64,000 nucleotides of DNA from Anolis carolinensis (lineage: Eukaryota), in NCBI RefSeq assembly GCF_035594765.1, contig NC_085844.1, positions 255,684,812 to 255,748,811 of the forward strand, given 5' to 3'. Of this stretch, positions 25,131-39,597 are shown in pieces; position 1 is the first letter of the stretch; every line of letters begins with the position of its first letter. The position numbers and the translations under genes are program-made. The notes beneath the pieces are model-generated. The model had not been told where the DNA came from, did not search any database, and was given only the letters and a program-made list of their open reading frames with translations.

Positions 25131-27368
25131 CTATATTTATTATTTATTTATTTACTATATTCATATCCCGCCCTTCTCAACCCCAATGGGGATTCAAGGT
25201 GGCTTACATATAGGCAACTAACTATTCAATGCCTAAAAAACAATAATTAAATTAAATGTTAAAATTAAAATACATTAAATATTTAAAAACAATACTATCT
25301 GCAATCGTAATCCAGGCCATTCAAGTAGTCATTGCACGTAATTACAAACCCATCTACTGCATTATAATTATTCTCCGAAGGCTTGATTCCAAAGCCACGT
25401 TTTTAGTCTCTTACGGAAGGTCAAGAGGGAGGGGGCTAATCTAATATCACTGGGGAGGGAGTTCCGCAACCGAGGGGCCACCACTGAGAAGGCCCTGTCT
25501 TTCGTCCACATGTGATTTCCTGCTTCTTAGCAGGGGGTTGGACTAGATGGCCCATGTGGTCTCTTCCAACTCTACTATTCTATGATTCTATGATTCGTCC
25601 CTGCCAATCACGCCTACTAAGGAGGCGAGAACAAGAGCAAGGCCTCCCCAGAAGATTTTAAGCTCCATGATGGTTAATAGGGAGAGACATGTTTGGACAG
25701 GTAAGGTGGGCAGGAAACATTTAAGGCTAATCAATTAACTCTAAGCTGGAAGGTGTCCATTTGAGGGCAACTAAATGAATCAAAGGTCTGGAGACCACGA
25801 ATCCCTCTGAGGAACATTTTAAAGAGCTGCGTCTGTTTAGCCTCAGAAAAGAAGGTTGAGGGAAGGAGGCATGAGAGCCATATATCAATATGTGAAAGGA
25901 TGCCATAAAGAAGAGAGAGCAGGCTTGATTCCTGCCGCCCTGTAGACTAGGACTCAATGGAGCCATGGGTTCGAATGACAGGAAAGGAGACAGAATCATA
26001 GAATCCCATCCCCTTGATCTGGTCATGTAAGTGTGATTTATTGTTATAATTGTATTGTTTTACTTTGTTTAATAATGTGTATTATGTTGTTATGTAATGT
26101 TTGTGTTTGCTTTTATGACTGTAAACCGCCCTGAGTCCCATCCGGGAGATAGGGCGGTATATAAATAAAGTTTTTTTAAAAATATTATTATTATTATTAT
26201 TATCATCATAGAGTTGGAAGAGACCTCACAGACCATCCAGTCTAACCCCTTGCAAGAAGCAGGAAAATCTCATATGGTTTAACAATTGTTAATTGTTACA
26301 CCATATGACGAAAACTGAAAGAAAAAATTGGAAAGAAGGCTCATGTAACAAGAAAATAAGGTTTAAGTTGTCAACAGGGAAGGGGGTGGAGTGGGTGTGG
26401 GAATGGAAAAGGGAAATGTATGGTAACTATGATTATGTATTATAAAATAATAATGATTAATAAAAATTCCCCTTGCGGGGGAAAAAAGAAGCAGGAAAAT
26501 CTCATTCAAAGCACTTTCATTGAACATTAGGAAGAACCTCCTGATTGTAAGTAGAGCTGTTCAGAAGTGGAACTCTCTGCCTCCTCCGAGTCTGGTGGAA
26601 GCTTCTTCCTTGGAGGCTTGTAAACAGAGGCTAGGTGGGTGGCCATCTGTCGGGGATGCTTTGATTGTACTTTTCCTGTATGGCAGAAGGGGATTGGACT
26701 AGATGGCCCATGTGGCCTCTTCCAACTTTAGAATTCTACGGTTCTACAGCCATCAAAGCAGCATCAAATCGCATTAATTCTCCAGTAAAGATTCTAGTTA
26801 ATCAGCTCTATGCGTATGTTCTACTACAAAGCCATTCCAGCAACGTTTAAGGCAATATGTTGTTTAAGGCTTTCATGGCCGGATTCACTGGGTTGTTGTG
26901 TGTTCTCAAATATTATATATATATAGTATAGTATAATAACTCAACCAGAGAAACCAGCAATAGCAGAGCACCTGATGAACCAACCTGGACATAGTATATT
27001 ATGGGAAAATACAGAAATGCTGAACCGCTCTAACAATTATATCAGACTACACAGAGAAGCCATTGAAATCCACAAACATGTGGACAATCTCAACACACAG
27101 GAAAATGAACAAAATCTGCCTACCAGTGTTAAAAAAAAACCCTCTAAAATCAGGCTAATAAATAAAGATCAATACTCAGAAAACAGAGGAATTCCAGACA
27201 TGAATCAATCAGGGCCAGCTAACACCTCAGAAGAAAGGATTTTCCCAGGCAGGAATGAAGCTGGCAAGGCCATTAATGTTAATCAAGGTGATTAATTACA
27301 ACATTCAAACTGGCCTCCAACGGCATGAGTTCTTTCTCCCACCCTGGGCATCATTCCACTGGGATATA

Positions 27369-27688
27369 CAGTAGAGTCTCACTTATCCAACATAAACAGG
27401 CCGGAAGAACGTTGGATAAGTGAATATGTTGGATAATAAGGAGGGGTTAAGGAAAAGCCTATTAAACATCAAATTAGGTTATGATTTTACAAATTAAGCA
27501 CCAGAACATGTTATACAACAAATTTGACAGAAAAAGTAGTTCAATAGGCAGTAATGCTATGTAGTAATTACTGTATTTACGAATTTAGCACCAAAATATC
27601 ACGATGTATTGAAAACATTGACTACAAAAATGCGTTGGATAATCCAGAACGTTGGATAAGCGAGTGTTGGCTAAGTGAGACTCTACTG
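27369..27688. mobile_element. Tc1/mariner-type MITE (CAGTAGAGTCTC family)
   Basis: TIR cagtagagtctcacttatccaac / agtgagactctactg in TA context. Sister copies near 30097, 39291, 49258 and 57001. Confidence 0.85.
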
Positions 27689-28426
27689 CAGGGGTCCTCA
27701 AACTTTTAAAGTGGAGGGCCGGTTCATGGTCCCTGAGACTGTTGAGGGGCCGAATTATCATTTGGGAAAAGAAAGAAAAAACAAACAAATTCCTATGCAA
27801 ATTCACATGTCTTATTTGTAGTGCAAAAAAACCCCCCTCCCAACAACTATTCATTTATTTATTTACTAAATTTATACCCTGCCCTCTCTCGCCCTGAAGG
27901 GGACTCAAGAGCAGCTTACAAGTTGTATGTACATACAACATATTATATTAATGGCATAGCACAATATTAGCATTATATATTACTATATTGTACTATACCA
28001 CTATACCGTAATATTATTAGTAATATTGCATTTAATATTTAATGTATAATTAATTTTATTATGTTGCATTATTGTTAGTATTATATTGTATGACATTATA
28101 ATATTACTATCAATATTATATGTAGACACAATATATTCTATAATTCCCAAGCACAATATTAGTAAATGAAAGAACAATACAATATTTAAAAATAAAAACA
28201 GTTTTAACCAACATATAGTAAACCTATCAGGATTTCAATGGGAAGTGTGGGCCTGCTTCTGGCCAATTAGATAGTCAAGTTAAGTAGAATTGTTGTTGTT
28301 GTTGTTGTGTGCCTTCAAGTCATTTCAGACTTTGGGCAAGCCTAAATCTAAAACTGAGAGCAGGGGCCAGGTAAATGACTTTGGAGGGCCGCATCCGGCC
28401 CCCGGGCCTTAGTTTGGGGACCTCTG
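27689..28426. mobile_element. Non-autonomous hAT element
   Basis: TIR caggggtcctcaaact / agtttggggacctctg; perfect 8-bp TSD ctctactg. Confidence 0.9.
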
Positions 28427-28674
28427 CTCTACTGTATATAAACCTCACTTGCCTAGCTTTCCAATATACCTCACAACCTCTGAGAATGCCTGACATAGAT
28501 GTGGGCGAAACGTCAGGAGAGAATGCTTCTGGAACATGGCCACACATCCCGGAAAATGCACAGCAACCCATTTAAGGCAACGTCCTCCTTCACGTGTTAC
28601 TTCTATGTGCAGTCAAATGTCAACGTGTAGGAAAATGGGTTACGGGCCTCGGCGGGATCCGTGTTTTCCCTCAC

Positions 28675-28990
28675 CTGTTCGTTCTTGCCGCGGCCACCAT
28701 CTTGGTTTCTCTCAGTCGCAGCTCCGCCTCTGACGAAACCCGTGACGAGCAGCAGGGTGCACCAATCGGGGCCCTGCGCTTGCCTAGTCCGAGCCCGCGC
28801 GCGGCGCTATCCACCAATCAGAGACGGAGAGCTCCCTGGTGGGCGGGGCATGGTAGAGAAGAAAACCGTTACAAGGCGGGACTTAGCCCACCTAAATCCC
28901 GGCGCGGCTGGAGTCCTTCTGGGCTTCTGATTGGTGCGAGGAGACGCCCTACAAGGTACGTCACGCCTCTTCCGGCCAGTGAGAACACAA
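28675..28990 (-). promoter_or_regulatory. CpG-rich promoter and non-coding first exon, most likely of ZSWIM1
   Basis: Several CCAAT boxes, GC box, CRE half-sites, ETS site, YY1-like AAGATGGTGG, and minus-strand donor CAG|GTGAGG at 28675/28674. Confidence 0.7.
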
Positions 28991-29566
28991 TGTAAACATT
29001 TGGGCCTACTCGGGCCTTCGCTCCCTCCGGGTGTTTGGGACTACAACTCCCAGAATTCCTCACAGCTTCAGGCCCTTTCCTTTTCCCCCTCAGCCGCTTA
29101 AGCGGCTGAGGGGGAAAAGGAAAGGGCCTGAAGCTGTGAGGAATTCTGGGAGTTGCAGTCCCAAACACTTGGAAGGAGGGCCCTGAAGGGCCCGTTCTTA
29201 AGCCAAGGAGCCTGCATTGTCCATAGACACCTCCTGGTCGTGTGGCCGGCCCGGCTGCTTGGAGCGTCTCCTTGCCTTTTCCCGCCAAAGCAGTACCTAT
29301 TTATCTACTCACATTGGCATGCTTTCGAACTGCTAGGTTGGCAGGAGCTAGGGCTGACAGCAGGAGCTTGCCCCGTCTCGCGGATTCGAACTGTCAACCT
29401 CCAGGTCAGCAGCTTGTTTATTGATTGATTGATTTCATACACCCCCCATGGGGGGGGGGGGGAAGGGTGACAGGGCACTCAGGGAGGCTTCACAACCGGC
29501 AATCATTAGACGACAAAAACAAACAGTTATAAAAAAAATACGATTAAAGGGTTGTTGCCCCCACAC

Positions 29567-29967
29567 TAGCAGCCTTCAAGAAAGACTTGAAAACATGGCT
29601 CTTTCGCTGCGCTTTTGGAGAGTAACCATTTTATATTTCTTTTCCGTTGCTCCCCCTAATATCTATCCTCCAGAATACCCCACTCCCTTATGACCCTGTT
29701 CGCTGTGGTTTTTATTTTTATGTCTTTCTCACCCCGAGTTTTAACTTAATGTTCATGTGGTCTGCCCTTGTTTTTATTGTCTCCTTGTTTTATTTTGTAA
29801 TGGATATTATTTACTGTATTGTTTATTGTATTGTGTTGTGCTGTTCTTTTATATGCTGTTTACATTGTATTGTTTTGGGCGTGGCCCCATGTAAGCCGCC
29901 CCGAGTCCCCATTGGGGAGATGGTGGCGGGGTATAAATAAAGTTTTATTATTATTATTATTATTATT
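29567..29967 (+). mobile_element. L2 3' end, near-identical to 10491-10900
   Basis: Shadow ORFs 29647-29940 and 10518-10811 differ at only 2 of 97 residues; (TTA)n tail. Confidence 0.9.
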
Positions 29968-30096
29968 GTATGCTTTCCAGGCTGTATGGCCATGTGGGCA
30001 AAACGTCAGGAGAGAATACTTCTAGAACATGGCCATACAGCCCGGAAAACATACAACAAGCCTTCGACAACACATCAATATGATTAAAAACAGATA

Positions 30097-30419
30097 CAGT
30101 AGAGTCTCACTTATCCAACATAAACGGGCCGGCAGAAGCTTGGATAAGCGAATATCTTGGATAATAAGGAGGCATTAAGGAAAAGCCTATTAAACATCAA
30201 ATTAGGTTATGATTTTACAAATGAAGCACCAAAACATCATGTTAGACAACAAATTTGGCAGAAAAAGTAGTTCAATACGCAGTAATGCTATGTAGTAATT
30301 ACTGTATTTATGAATTTAGCACCAAAATATCACGATGTATTGAAAACATTGACTACAAAAATGCGTTGGATAATCCAGAACGTTGGATAAGCGAGTCTTG
30401 GATAAGCGAGACTCTACTG
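30097..30419. mobile_element. Tc1/mariner-type MITE
   Basis: cagtagagtctc...gagactctactg TIRs, TA flanks. Confidence 0.85.
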
Positions 30420-32454
30420 TAATTAAAACATCAAACTAGCACTTTGGCCCAGGTTTTTTCTAGATTTTATCCAAGATTTTATCTTTTGTCCTCGAATGTG
30501 ATTTTTATGACTTGTTTTTATTGTTATTTGATCTGTTTTTTGCTTTATTTTATTGTTGTGGACTGGGCTTGGCCCCATGTAAGCTGCCCCAAGTCCCTTT
30601 TGGGAGATGGGGCGGGGTATAAAAATGAAATTATTATTATTATTATATCAATTATAAAAACATCATTTAAAAACATGGCACAAGTCTAAAGTCATTGCCT
30701 GGGGTCCGTTCATTATCAGTCAACATACATCATTCTGATTATTATTGCTGCGTCTGCTGCTCGAATGCCTGGTCCCAGAGCCATGTTTTGAGTTTTTTCT
30801 GAATGGACAGAAGGGAGGGAGCCAATCTGATTTCACTAGGGAGGGAGTTCCACATATGAGGGGCCACCACTGAGAAGGCCCTGTGTCTCGTCCCCACCAA
30901 TCGAACCTGCGAGGGTGCCGAGATCGATCTTAACCTCCGAGGTGGATCATAGAGGGAGATATGTTCGGATAAGTAAGCCAGCCCAGAACCATTTAGGGCA
31001 GTGGTTCTCAACCTTCCCCATCAGCTTAAGCGGCTGAGGGGGGAAAAGAAGGAGCCTGAGGCTGTTAGGAATTGTGGGAGTTGGAGTCCAAAACACCTGG
31101 AGGGAGGGCCCAAGCTTGCCCATGCCTGAAAAAAACAGAAACTGCATTGTCTTCTGCAAAATAAATCTAGCACAATGAAAGTGTCTCAGAGGCCTCTCAT
31201 TTATAGGCTTGACATAACTTGAAGTTGACTTAATAGCCATTAAAAACCACAGCAGCCACGTTACCCTAGAATTCAAGGGATTTATTGGAACCAGAAATGA
31301 CTCGGGTCTCATTTGGAGTCCAGCTCAGCTACACAAGAGGTTTGGGAGCCAAAATTGCACCCCAGTGACCTTTTCCACAGTCCCCTGAACTGGTCACCTT
31401 CTTAAAGGAGAGAGAGAGAGCCCTTTTAAATTAACATGGCATAATTTATTCATCACAAATCCACAAGCATTCCTTTGCCAAGATAATGCAGGAAATAGAT
31501 GAAACTAAAAAATGACTTCAGCAGTGAAGCCGCAGAGATAATAATAACAATAATAATAATAATCTCTATTTTTAACCCACCCTCTCCCCGGAGGGATTCA
31601 AGAGTTAGATCTGCATTTTCAACCATTAATTTGGACTTAAGGACATAGCAGCAAAACTTGCCCCTCTGGCAGAGGCTTCGGGGAAAGCAATGAGAGCACC
31701 AACAGGGCATTTTGCCTCCACGTCAGGGCATTGGGGCTGAAACACAGAAACAGTAGCACTTGCATGCACTGGGTGCAGTGGTTCTTCCCACACAACGCAA
31801 GAGAATATCAACATTCCAGGTGGGTTTCCTTAAAATGACCTAAGCTAAAATAACAAGACAATGGAGAATGCAGAATACACCTTAGTCTGGCAACAAAAAC
31901 CAATGAAGCAAGTTATACCCAGAACAAAAAATACCAAGGATAAACCTCCTAATGAAGCAGCTTCCCTGATTGTCAAGTCCGCAGCTGGACATCGCAAAAC
32001 CTCAAGGCTCTCACTCCATTGTTTGTCTGTCTTCTGGATGCAGATGTGAGTCTCTCAATGGCCATCAAGAAATGCTGGCTTCAGTTGCATCCTGACCTGG
32101 AATGAATCCCGCCGCCCTTTGTCTACCTGCAGATCTCCCTAGAGCTGTATTTTCCAAACTCTGGTTTTCCAGATGTTTTTGACTATACCTCCCAGAATCC
32201 CTGATCATTGGTCAAAGCAGCCGAGACTTCAGGGAGTTGAAGTCTGAACACCTGAAGGACTAGAGTATGGGGATCGGTGCCCTGGAGAGCCAGCCAGCGC
32301 CAATGGGGAGGAGGCCCTTTTATTGCTGAGGTGTGGAGCAGCAACCCTGAGCTCCCTGAATCGGGGAGGACCACGACAGACTTGGGGAATGGCCAAAGCC
32401 AGGACCAGCCTGACCAGACGGACTGACCAACTGGCCAAAGGAGGTGCATGTATT

Positions 32455-34621
32455 TCAAGCCACAGAAGTCTGGTTTGTGCCCAAAGTGGCGCCATGAGTT
32501 ACGGAGGAGATTGCGACTTCCTCCATCTCTTCCTTCTTGACCCAGAGGAAGGGGAGGTCCCCCACATTCCGGACATTGAGGGGCTTCACTGCCGCTCCCT
32601 CCTCTTCCCGCAGCTCGGAGCATTTAGTCCAGATGTTCACGATCATCCTGAGGGTGGCACTGCGCTCCTCCAGCTCCTCCCCCTCGCTCTGCAGAAGCAG
32701 GTTGCCGAGCTCCTTGCTGAGGGACTGGATCATGTCCTGCCGCTCCTTGGGTGCCGGTGCTGCTGGCAGGCTGCCTTTGGGAGCCCCGGGTGCCTCCGGC
32801 ATGTTCTCCCGCAAGGCAGGCAGGTGCTGGTACTTCCTCTGCCAGCGCTTGGCCACCATGGCCTCTTCCACCACCTGCTGGTTCGCCAGGAGCACCGCCA
32901 AGATGTGCCGGCAGGGCAGCTGGTAGCGGCAAGAGAAGAAGCAGCTGCACCTCTGGCTGCCTTTGCTGACCTGGTGTGTGTCCTCCAGCAGCTGGACCGT
33001 GGCCTTCCTCCTGGTGGAGAGTGTCACAAGCTGGGTGGACTTCTGCACCATGTCCCACTCATTCAGGCACAGTTGGTAGGCCAAGTCCGTGCAGGTCTCC
33101 CGCAGAGCAGCCAGCATGGTGGCCACCGGCTTGGCCGGACTGTGCCTAACACTCTGATTGAGTGGCTCCGTTTCAGCTTTGGCCGGGAAGTGCTTTGGTG
33201 ACTCTGGAACAGTTTTGGCTGGGAAACGCTTTGGCAGCTTCGTGGCAGCTTTAGCCAGGAAGCGCTTTGTTGGCTCCGTGGCAGCTCTGGGCCTGCGCTT
33301 CAGGGGGGGCGGGGGCTTGATTTTGAGCTCCTTCATGAGGATGCTGCGCCCATCGCTCTGGCTCGGGTTCTCCAGGCCTTTGGCGTTAAAGTCGTTGACG
33401 GAGGCCACGAAGCGGAGGATGCTGGTCTCCAGGGAGAGCTTGGGGCTGAAGAGGCTGGAGAGCTTCTGTGTGATGACCTCCAGGCTGTCGATGTAGGTGC
33501 TGCAGGCGTGGAGGCCCTTCTTGGCGTGGAAGTACCAGAGCATCTCACAGGAGAACCAGTGGGCCTGGAGGTGCTCGTACAGGCCCGGGTCCACCAGGTC
33601 CTTGACCATCGGGGAGAGGGCCTCCAGGCTGGCCTTGGAGGGGGAGAAGACGGCCTTCCGGAGGGCCATCCTCAGGGCTTGCTTGGAGGGGTAGTGGGAC
33701 TTCTTCAGCTTGCGCTCCAGGAGCCGCACTGTGTGGTAGACGGAGAGCAGCACCTGCGCCGAGGGGAAGAGCTCCCGCAGGACCTCCCGGTGGAGGAAGG
33801 CCACGTCCACCAAGACCACCTTGACCTTCTGCCCCTCCTCTGAGTTGAACTTCTTGAAGACGGAGAGCATCTCGCGCATGCTCTCCGGCGTGTCGTCCTT
33901 CAGGATGGCGAAGTGCACCAGCTTCGCCACCCGGTCCTTGCTCTCCACCAGGAAGGCGTAGAGCGTGTGGCCCCCGCAGCCCAGCACCCGGTGCAGCAGC
34001 AGGCTCTCGGGGAACCGGAGGAACAGGCCCTTCATCTTGCTGGTCTGGAAGCTCAGCCGCTCCAGCTCCTTGCCGGTGCTGCCCATGCTGAACGAGGCCA
34101 AGGAGCCCGCGTCCACACGCAGGAAGTCCCTCATCACCTCATTGATGTGGACCAGAGAGGAGCTGGCCCTGTTGTCTTCATCTGCCCGAGGGGCTTCTGG
34201 CTCCTTGGAAGGAGAAAGGGAAGGAGGCGGGTGCTTCTCAGCATCCGTTTCAACGTTCATGCTTGCTTCCCTGTCCTCCTCGACCTTCACACTGAGGCTG
34301 GTCTCCATGTTGCAGGCCTCCACTTCTGCAGGCTCCTCTTTGCGCAGCTTGGCCGGAGGGATGCCGCAGGCTCTGGAAGCAGCCATTCTGGCGGCCAGCC
34401 TGGCCAGAGGGGAACGGTCAGAGCTGATGGAAGGGGCCTTGGGCTCTGCATGAATGTGGTTGCCGTTCTGCTCAGTGATCACAAGCCGGTCCAGCTCCTC
34501 GCTGTACTGCAGGACTAAGTAGGCCGGGCACAACTGGGGCTCCTCCTCCTCCTCCTCCTGCGGTTTCTTCTTCTTGCCATGTTCTCTCGGTCGGACGCAG
34601 GCAAACTTCACCCGCATGAAC
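32455..34621 (-). CDS. ZSWIM3: ZSWIM3 last coding exon; 773 aa in total
   Basis: VKFAC..LCPAYLVLQY..HIH, FQTSKMK.LF.RFPESLLLHRV, SWIM CSCFFSCRYQLPCRH, VGDLPFLWVKKEE. Acceptor gattcccag|, phase 2. Confidence 0.95.
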
Positions 34622-35371
34622 CTGGGAATCAGAGAAGAGGAGCAGCTGTAAGGGGGGCCCAATGCGGCCAGGCACTGGACAAGTTCATTTATTTACCAGC
34701 TGTTAGGAATTGTGGGAGTTGTGGAAGTTCAAAACGCCTGGAGGGAGGTCCGAAGTTTGTACATGCCTGGTCTTGAGGCAAGTTTTGGTGCCTCAGCAAA
34801 CAACAACTCAAGTCAGGAGGCTTTTAAGCAGAGGCTGGATGGCCATCTGTTGGGGGTGCTTTGAATGCAATTTCCTGCTTCTTGGCAGGGGGTTGGACTG
34901 GATGGTCCATGAGGTCTCTACCAACTCTACTATTCTACGATTCTATGAAATGCTATTTGCTTCTTTATGCACTTACTAAAGTCTTGTGCCATATGACTGT
35001 TAATAAACAATACTGCATTATAAATAGAAGGTGTAAGCTGCTTTGAGTCCCCTTAGGGAGAGAAAAAGCGGGATGTAAATAAACGTAATAATAATAACTC
35101 CTCTGATCGTACAGCATCGAGCTGTGGCAGTTCAAAGAGTGCCAAACTGCATTTAATTTGGCTGCGTCTACAGCAGGCGTGAGACAACTTCGGCCCTTCT
35201 CCAGATGTTTTGGACTTCAACTTCCACAATTTGTAACCACCTACCATCCAAAACACCTGGAGAAGGGCCAAAGTTGTCTCACGCCTGCTGTAGATGCAGC
35301 CAGAGGGTGTACTTGGAGCGCATGAGTGTGACTGACTCCTGTGCGCCCCTGACCGACTCGCCCCCTTCTTA

Positions 35372-37072
<1,701 letters not shown>

Positions 37073-37129
37073 GCATATTATTATTATTATTATTATTATT
37101 ATATTGCCCCGCCCCGCGTTCCTTCCTTC

Positions 37130-37582
37130 CATTAGTCGCCCATTCCTTTCCGCTTTGGGGGAAACAAGCGTGCCTCTGCGCATGTGGGGAGCGCAGCCCC
37201 CTCCCCGGCCCCACCTGAACCCCCACCTGGGCAAAAGGGGGTCCCTCGACCCTCCCCCCTTCTGTCCCGGGGAGGAGAGCGGCCCGCACGCGCCCCCTTA
37301 CCCGCCCCCTTACCCGGGTTCCTCAGAGGAGACCCGCCACAAGCCCTCAGGCTTCCCTTTCTGCGCATGCGCGTACCAGGCACCGGCGGGCTCTCTCCTC
37401 GTCAGCCGAGAGGCCCCGCCCCCGAAGGCGAGCCCGCCAATCGGGAGCCCCGGCGCCAAAAGGGGCGTGCGGCTCCGCCAATGGCGAGGCGGGGCTCCTC
37501 CCCGGCGCGCGCTGGGGCCCCGCCAGGCCGACCTTGGCCTTGCCGGAAGGGAAAGCGCGCCGGCCGGAGCGAAAGATGGCGG
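37130..37582. promoter_or_regulatory. Bidirectional CpG-island promoter of ZSWIM3 and ACOT8
   Basis: NRF1 TGCGCATGCGC 37362-37372, CCAAT near 37437 and 37478, GC boxes, ETS CCGGAAG near 37543, YY1 AAGATGGCGG over the ACOT8 ATG. Confidence 0.85.
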
Positions 37583-37658
37583 GCGCCGAGGAGGACCTGC
37601 GCAGTGTGCTGGTGACCAGCGTCCTCAACCTGGAGCAGCTGGACGTCGACCTCTTCCG
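37576..37658 (+). CDS. ACOT8: Acyl-CoA thioesterase 8, exon 1
   Basis: MAGAEEDLRSVLVTSVLNLEQLDVDLFR; donor CG|GTCAGT. Confidence 0.93.
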
Positions 37659-37947
37659 GTCAGTCAAGGGGGCGGGCGGGTGGGCTGCGGCCCGGAAGGA
37701 GGCTCCAGCGAGGGGCCCCAGCGCCCCCTGCCGCCGCGGAGGAGCAGGCGCACTACTCTAGTCCGCCTTGGGCCGGGCCTGCCCCGCCCCGGGGGGAATG
37801 GCCGTGGCAAGAGCCATTGAAAGGCCGTGACAGGAGTGGCCAAAATCAAGGGCACAACAACATCTGTAAGGGAACTCCAGGATGCGGATGATGAGGTGCG
37901 CTGTGCTCATTCAGAACAAGGCCTGCAAGCCACTCTAAATAATATAA

Positions 37948-39274
37948 TCTATCTATATATATATAAAAGAGTGATGGCATCACGGCGACCCACAAAACTA
38001 CAGGCCCCCCAACCTCGAAATTTGACAACACAACCCATCATCCACGCCTCAAGGTTGATACAACAAAAAGAAAAGAAAAATAAAGTCCTAATTAGAGGGA
38101 GAGCAATAATTGTTTTTATCCAATTTCTGCCAGTTTAGAGGGCTAATCTCTGCCCACTTGGTTGCCTAGCAACCAAGGGACAGCCAGGTTTCAGTTAGGG
38201 GACAGGCAGATTTAGGCCTCACTTAGACTTCTTCCACAGATTATCTAAAATTCACTCAGGGAGGAAACAGCCAGGCTTTAAAGCTGCAAGGCCATTACAT
38301 CCTAATCTTTTTTCCTAATTGCAGCATTCATACTTGCCTCTAACAAACAAAAAAACCCAATCAGAAATATTGTATATTCACAACCTTTAGGAAATAATAT
38401 CCCCTGATGGCGCAGCGTGTTAAAGCGCTGAGCTGCTGAACTTCTGGACCGAAAGGCCACAGGTTTGAATTGGGGGAGCGGAGAGAGCCCCCACTGTTAG
38501 CCCCAGCTTCTGCCAACCCAGAAGTTCAAAAACATGCAAATGTGAGTGCATCAATAGGTACTGCTCCGGCGGGAAGGTAACGCCGCTCCATGTAGTCATC
38601 CCACATGACCTTGGAGGAGTCTACGGACAACGCCGGCTCTTCGGCTTAGAAATGGAGATGAGCACCAACCTCCAGAGTAAGACACGACTGGACTTAATGT
38701 CTGGGGAAAACCTTTACCCTTGACCTTAACTACCACCAATTCCTCAATACTTTATTTCCCAGACCACCAGACTTCGCCACAGCAACGCGTGGCCGGGCAC
38801 AGCTAGTAGATATATAAAAGAGTGATGGCATCACGGCGACCCACAAAACTACAGGCCCCCCAACCTCGAAATTTGACGACACAACCCATCATCCATGTCT
38901 CTAGGTTGATACAACAAAAAGAAAAGAAAAATAAAGTCCTAATTAGTGGGAGAGAGAGGAATAATTGCTTTTATCCAGTTGCTGCCAGTTAGAAGGCTAA
39001 GCTCCTCCAACTTGGTCTCCTAGCAACCCAATAAAAAATAATAAAAAACACTAAAAAATGATTAAAAACACTAAAAAATTAATACAATAAAATACCATAA
39101 TAACAAAAATAACTAAAAATTATACAAGAAAATAATAAAATATAATAAATAAAAAGATATCTTACAGTAAAATTAATTTAAAAATACAAATAACGTCAAA
39201 TAAAAATTACACAACAATTTTTAACCAATACCACCACCACTTTGCCACAGCAACGCGTGGCCGAGCACAGCTAG
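37948..39274 (+). mobile_element. Two tandem non-autonomous Helitron-like elements (37948-38806, 38807-39274)
   Basis: 5' TCTAT..TATAAAAGAG start, subterminal hairpin gccac-agcaacgc-gtggc, 3' CTAG|T. Confidence 0.75.
38401..38727 (+). mobile_element. Sauria-type SINE inside the first Helitron-like copy
   Basis: Collinear with 5303-5635; acctttaccctt tail. Confidence 0.85.
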
Positions 39275-39290
39275 TATAATAATAATAATA

Positions 39291-39597
39291 CAGTAGAGTC
39301 TCACTTATCCAACGTTCTGGATTATCCAATGCATTTCTGTAGTCAATGTTTTCAATACATCATGATATTTTGGTGCTAAATTCGTAAATACAGTAATTAC
39401 TCCATAGCATTACTGCGTATTGAACTACTTTTTGGTCAAATTTGTTGTACAACATGATGTTTTGGTGCTTAATTTGTAAAATCATAACCTAATTTGATGT
39501 TTAATAGGCTTTTCCTTAATCTCTCCTTATTATCCAACATATTCGCTTATCCAATGTTCTGCCGGCCCGTTTACGTTGGATAAGTGAGATTCTACTG
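39291..39597. mobile_element. Tc1/mariner-type MITE
   Basis: cagtagagtctc / gagattctactg TIRs, TA flanks. Confidence 0.85.

Larger units (their letters stand above)
26940..28572 (+). mobile_element. Penelope-like 3' fragment hosting nested MITE and hAT insertions
   Basis: AEHLMNQPGH...REAIEIHKH C-terminus. The 3' region resumes after the inserts at ~28435 and matches the copy at 36.9 kb. Confidence 0.8.

Noticed and set aside
37830-37940. SVRELQDADD..CAHSE motif
   Set aside because: Probably a ~100-bp RTE-type RT remnant; too short to matter.
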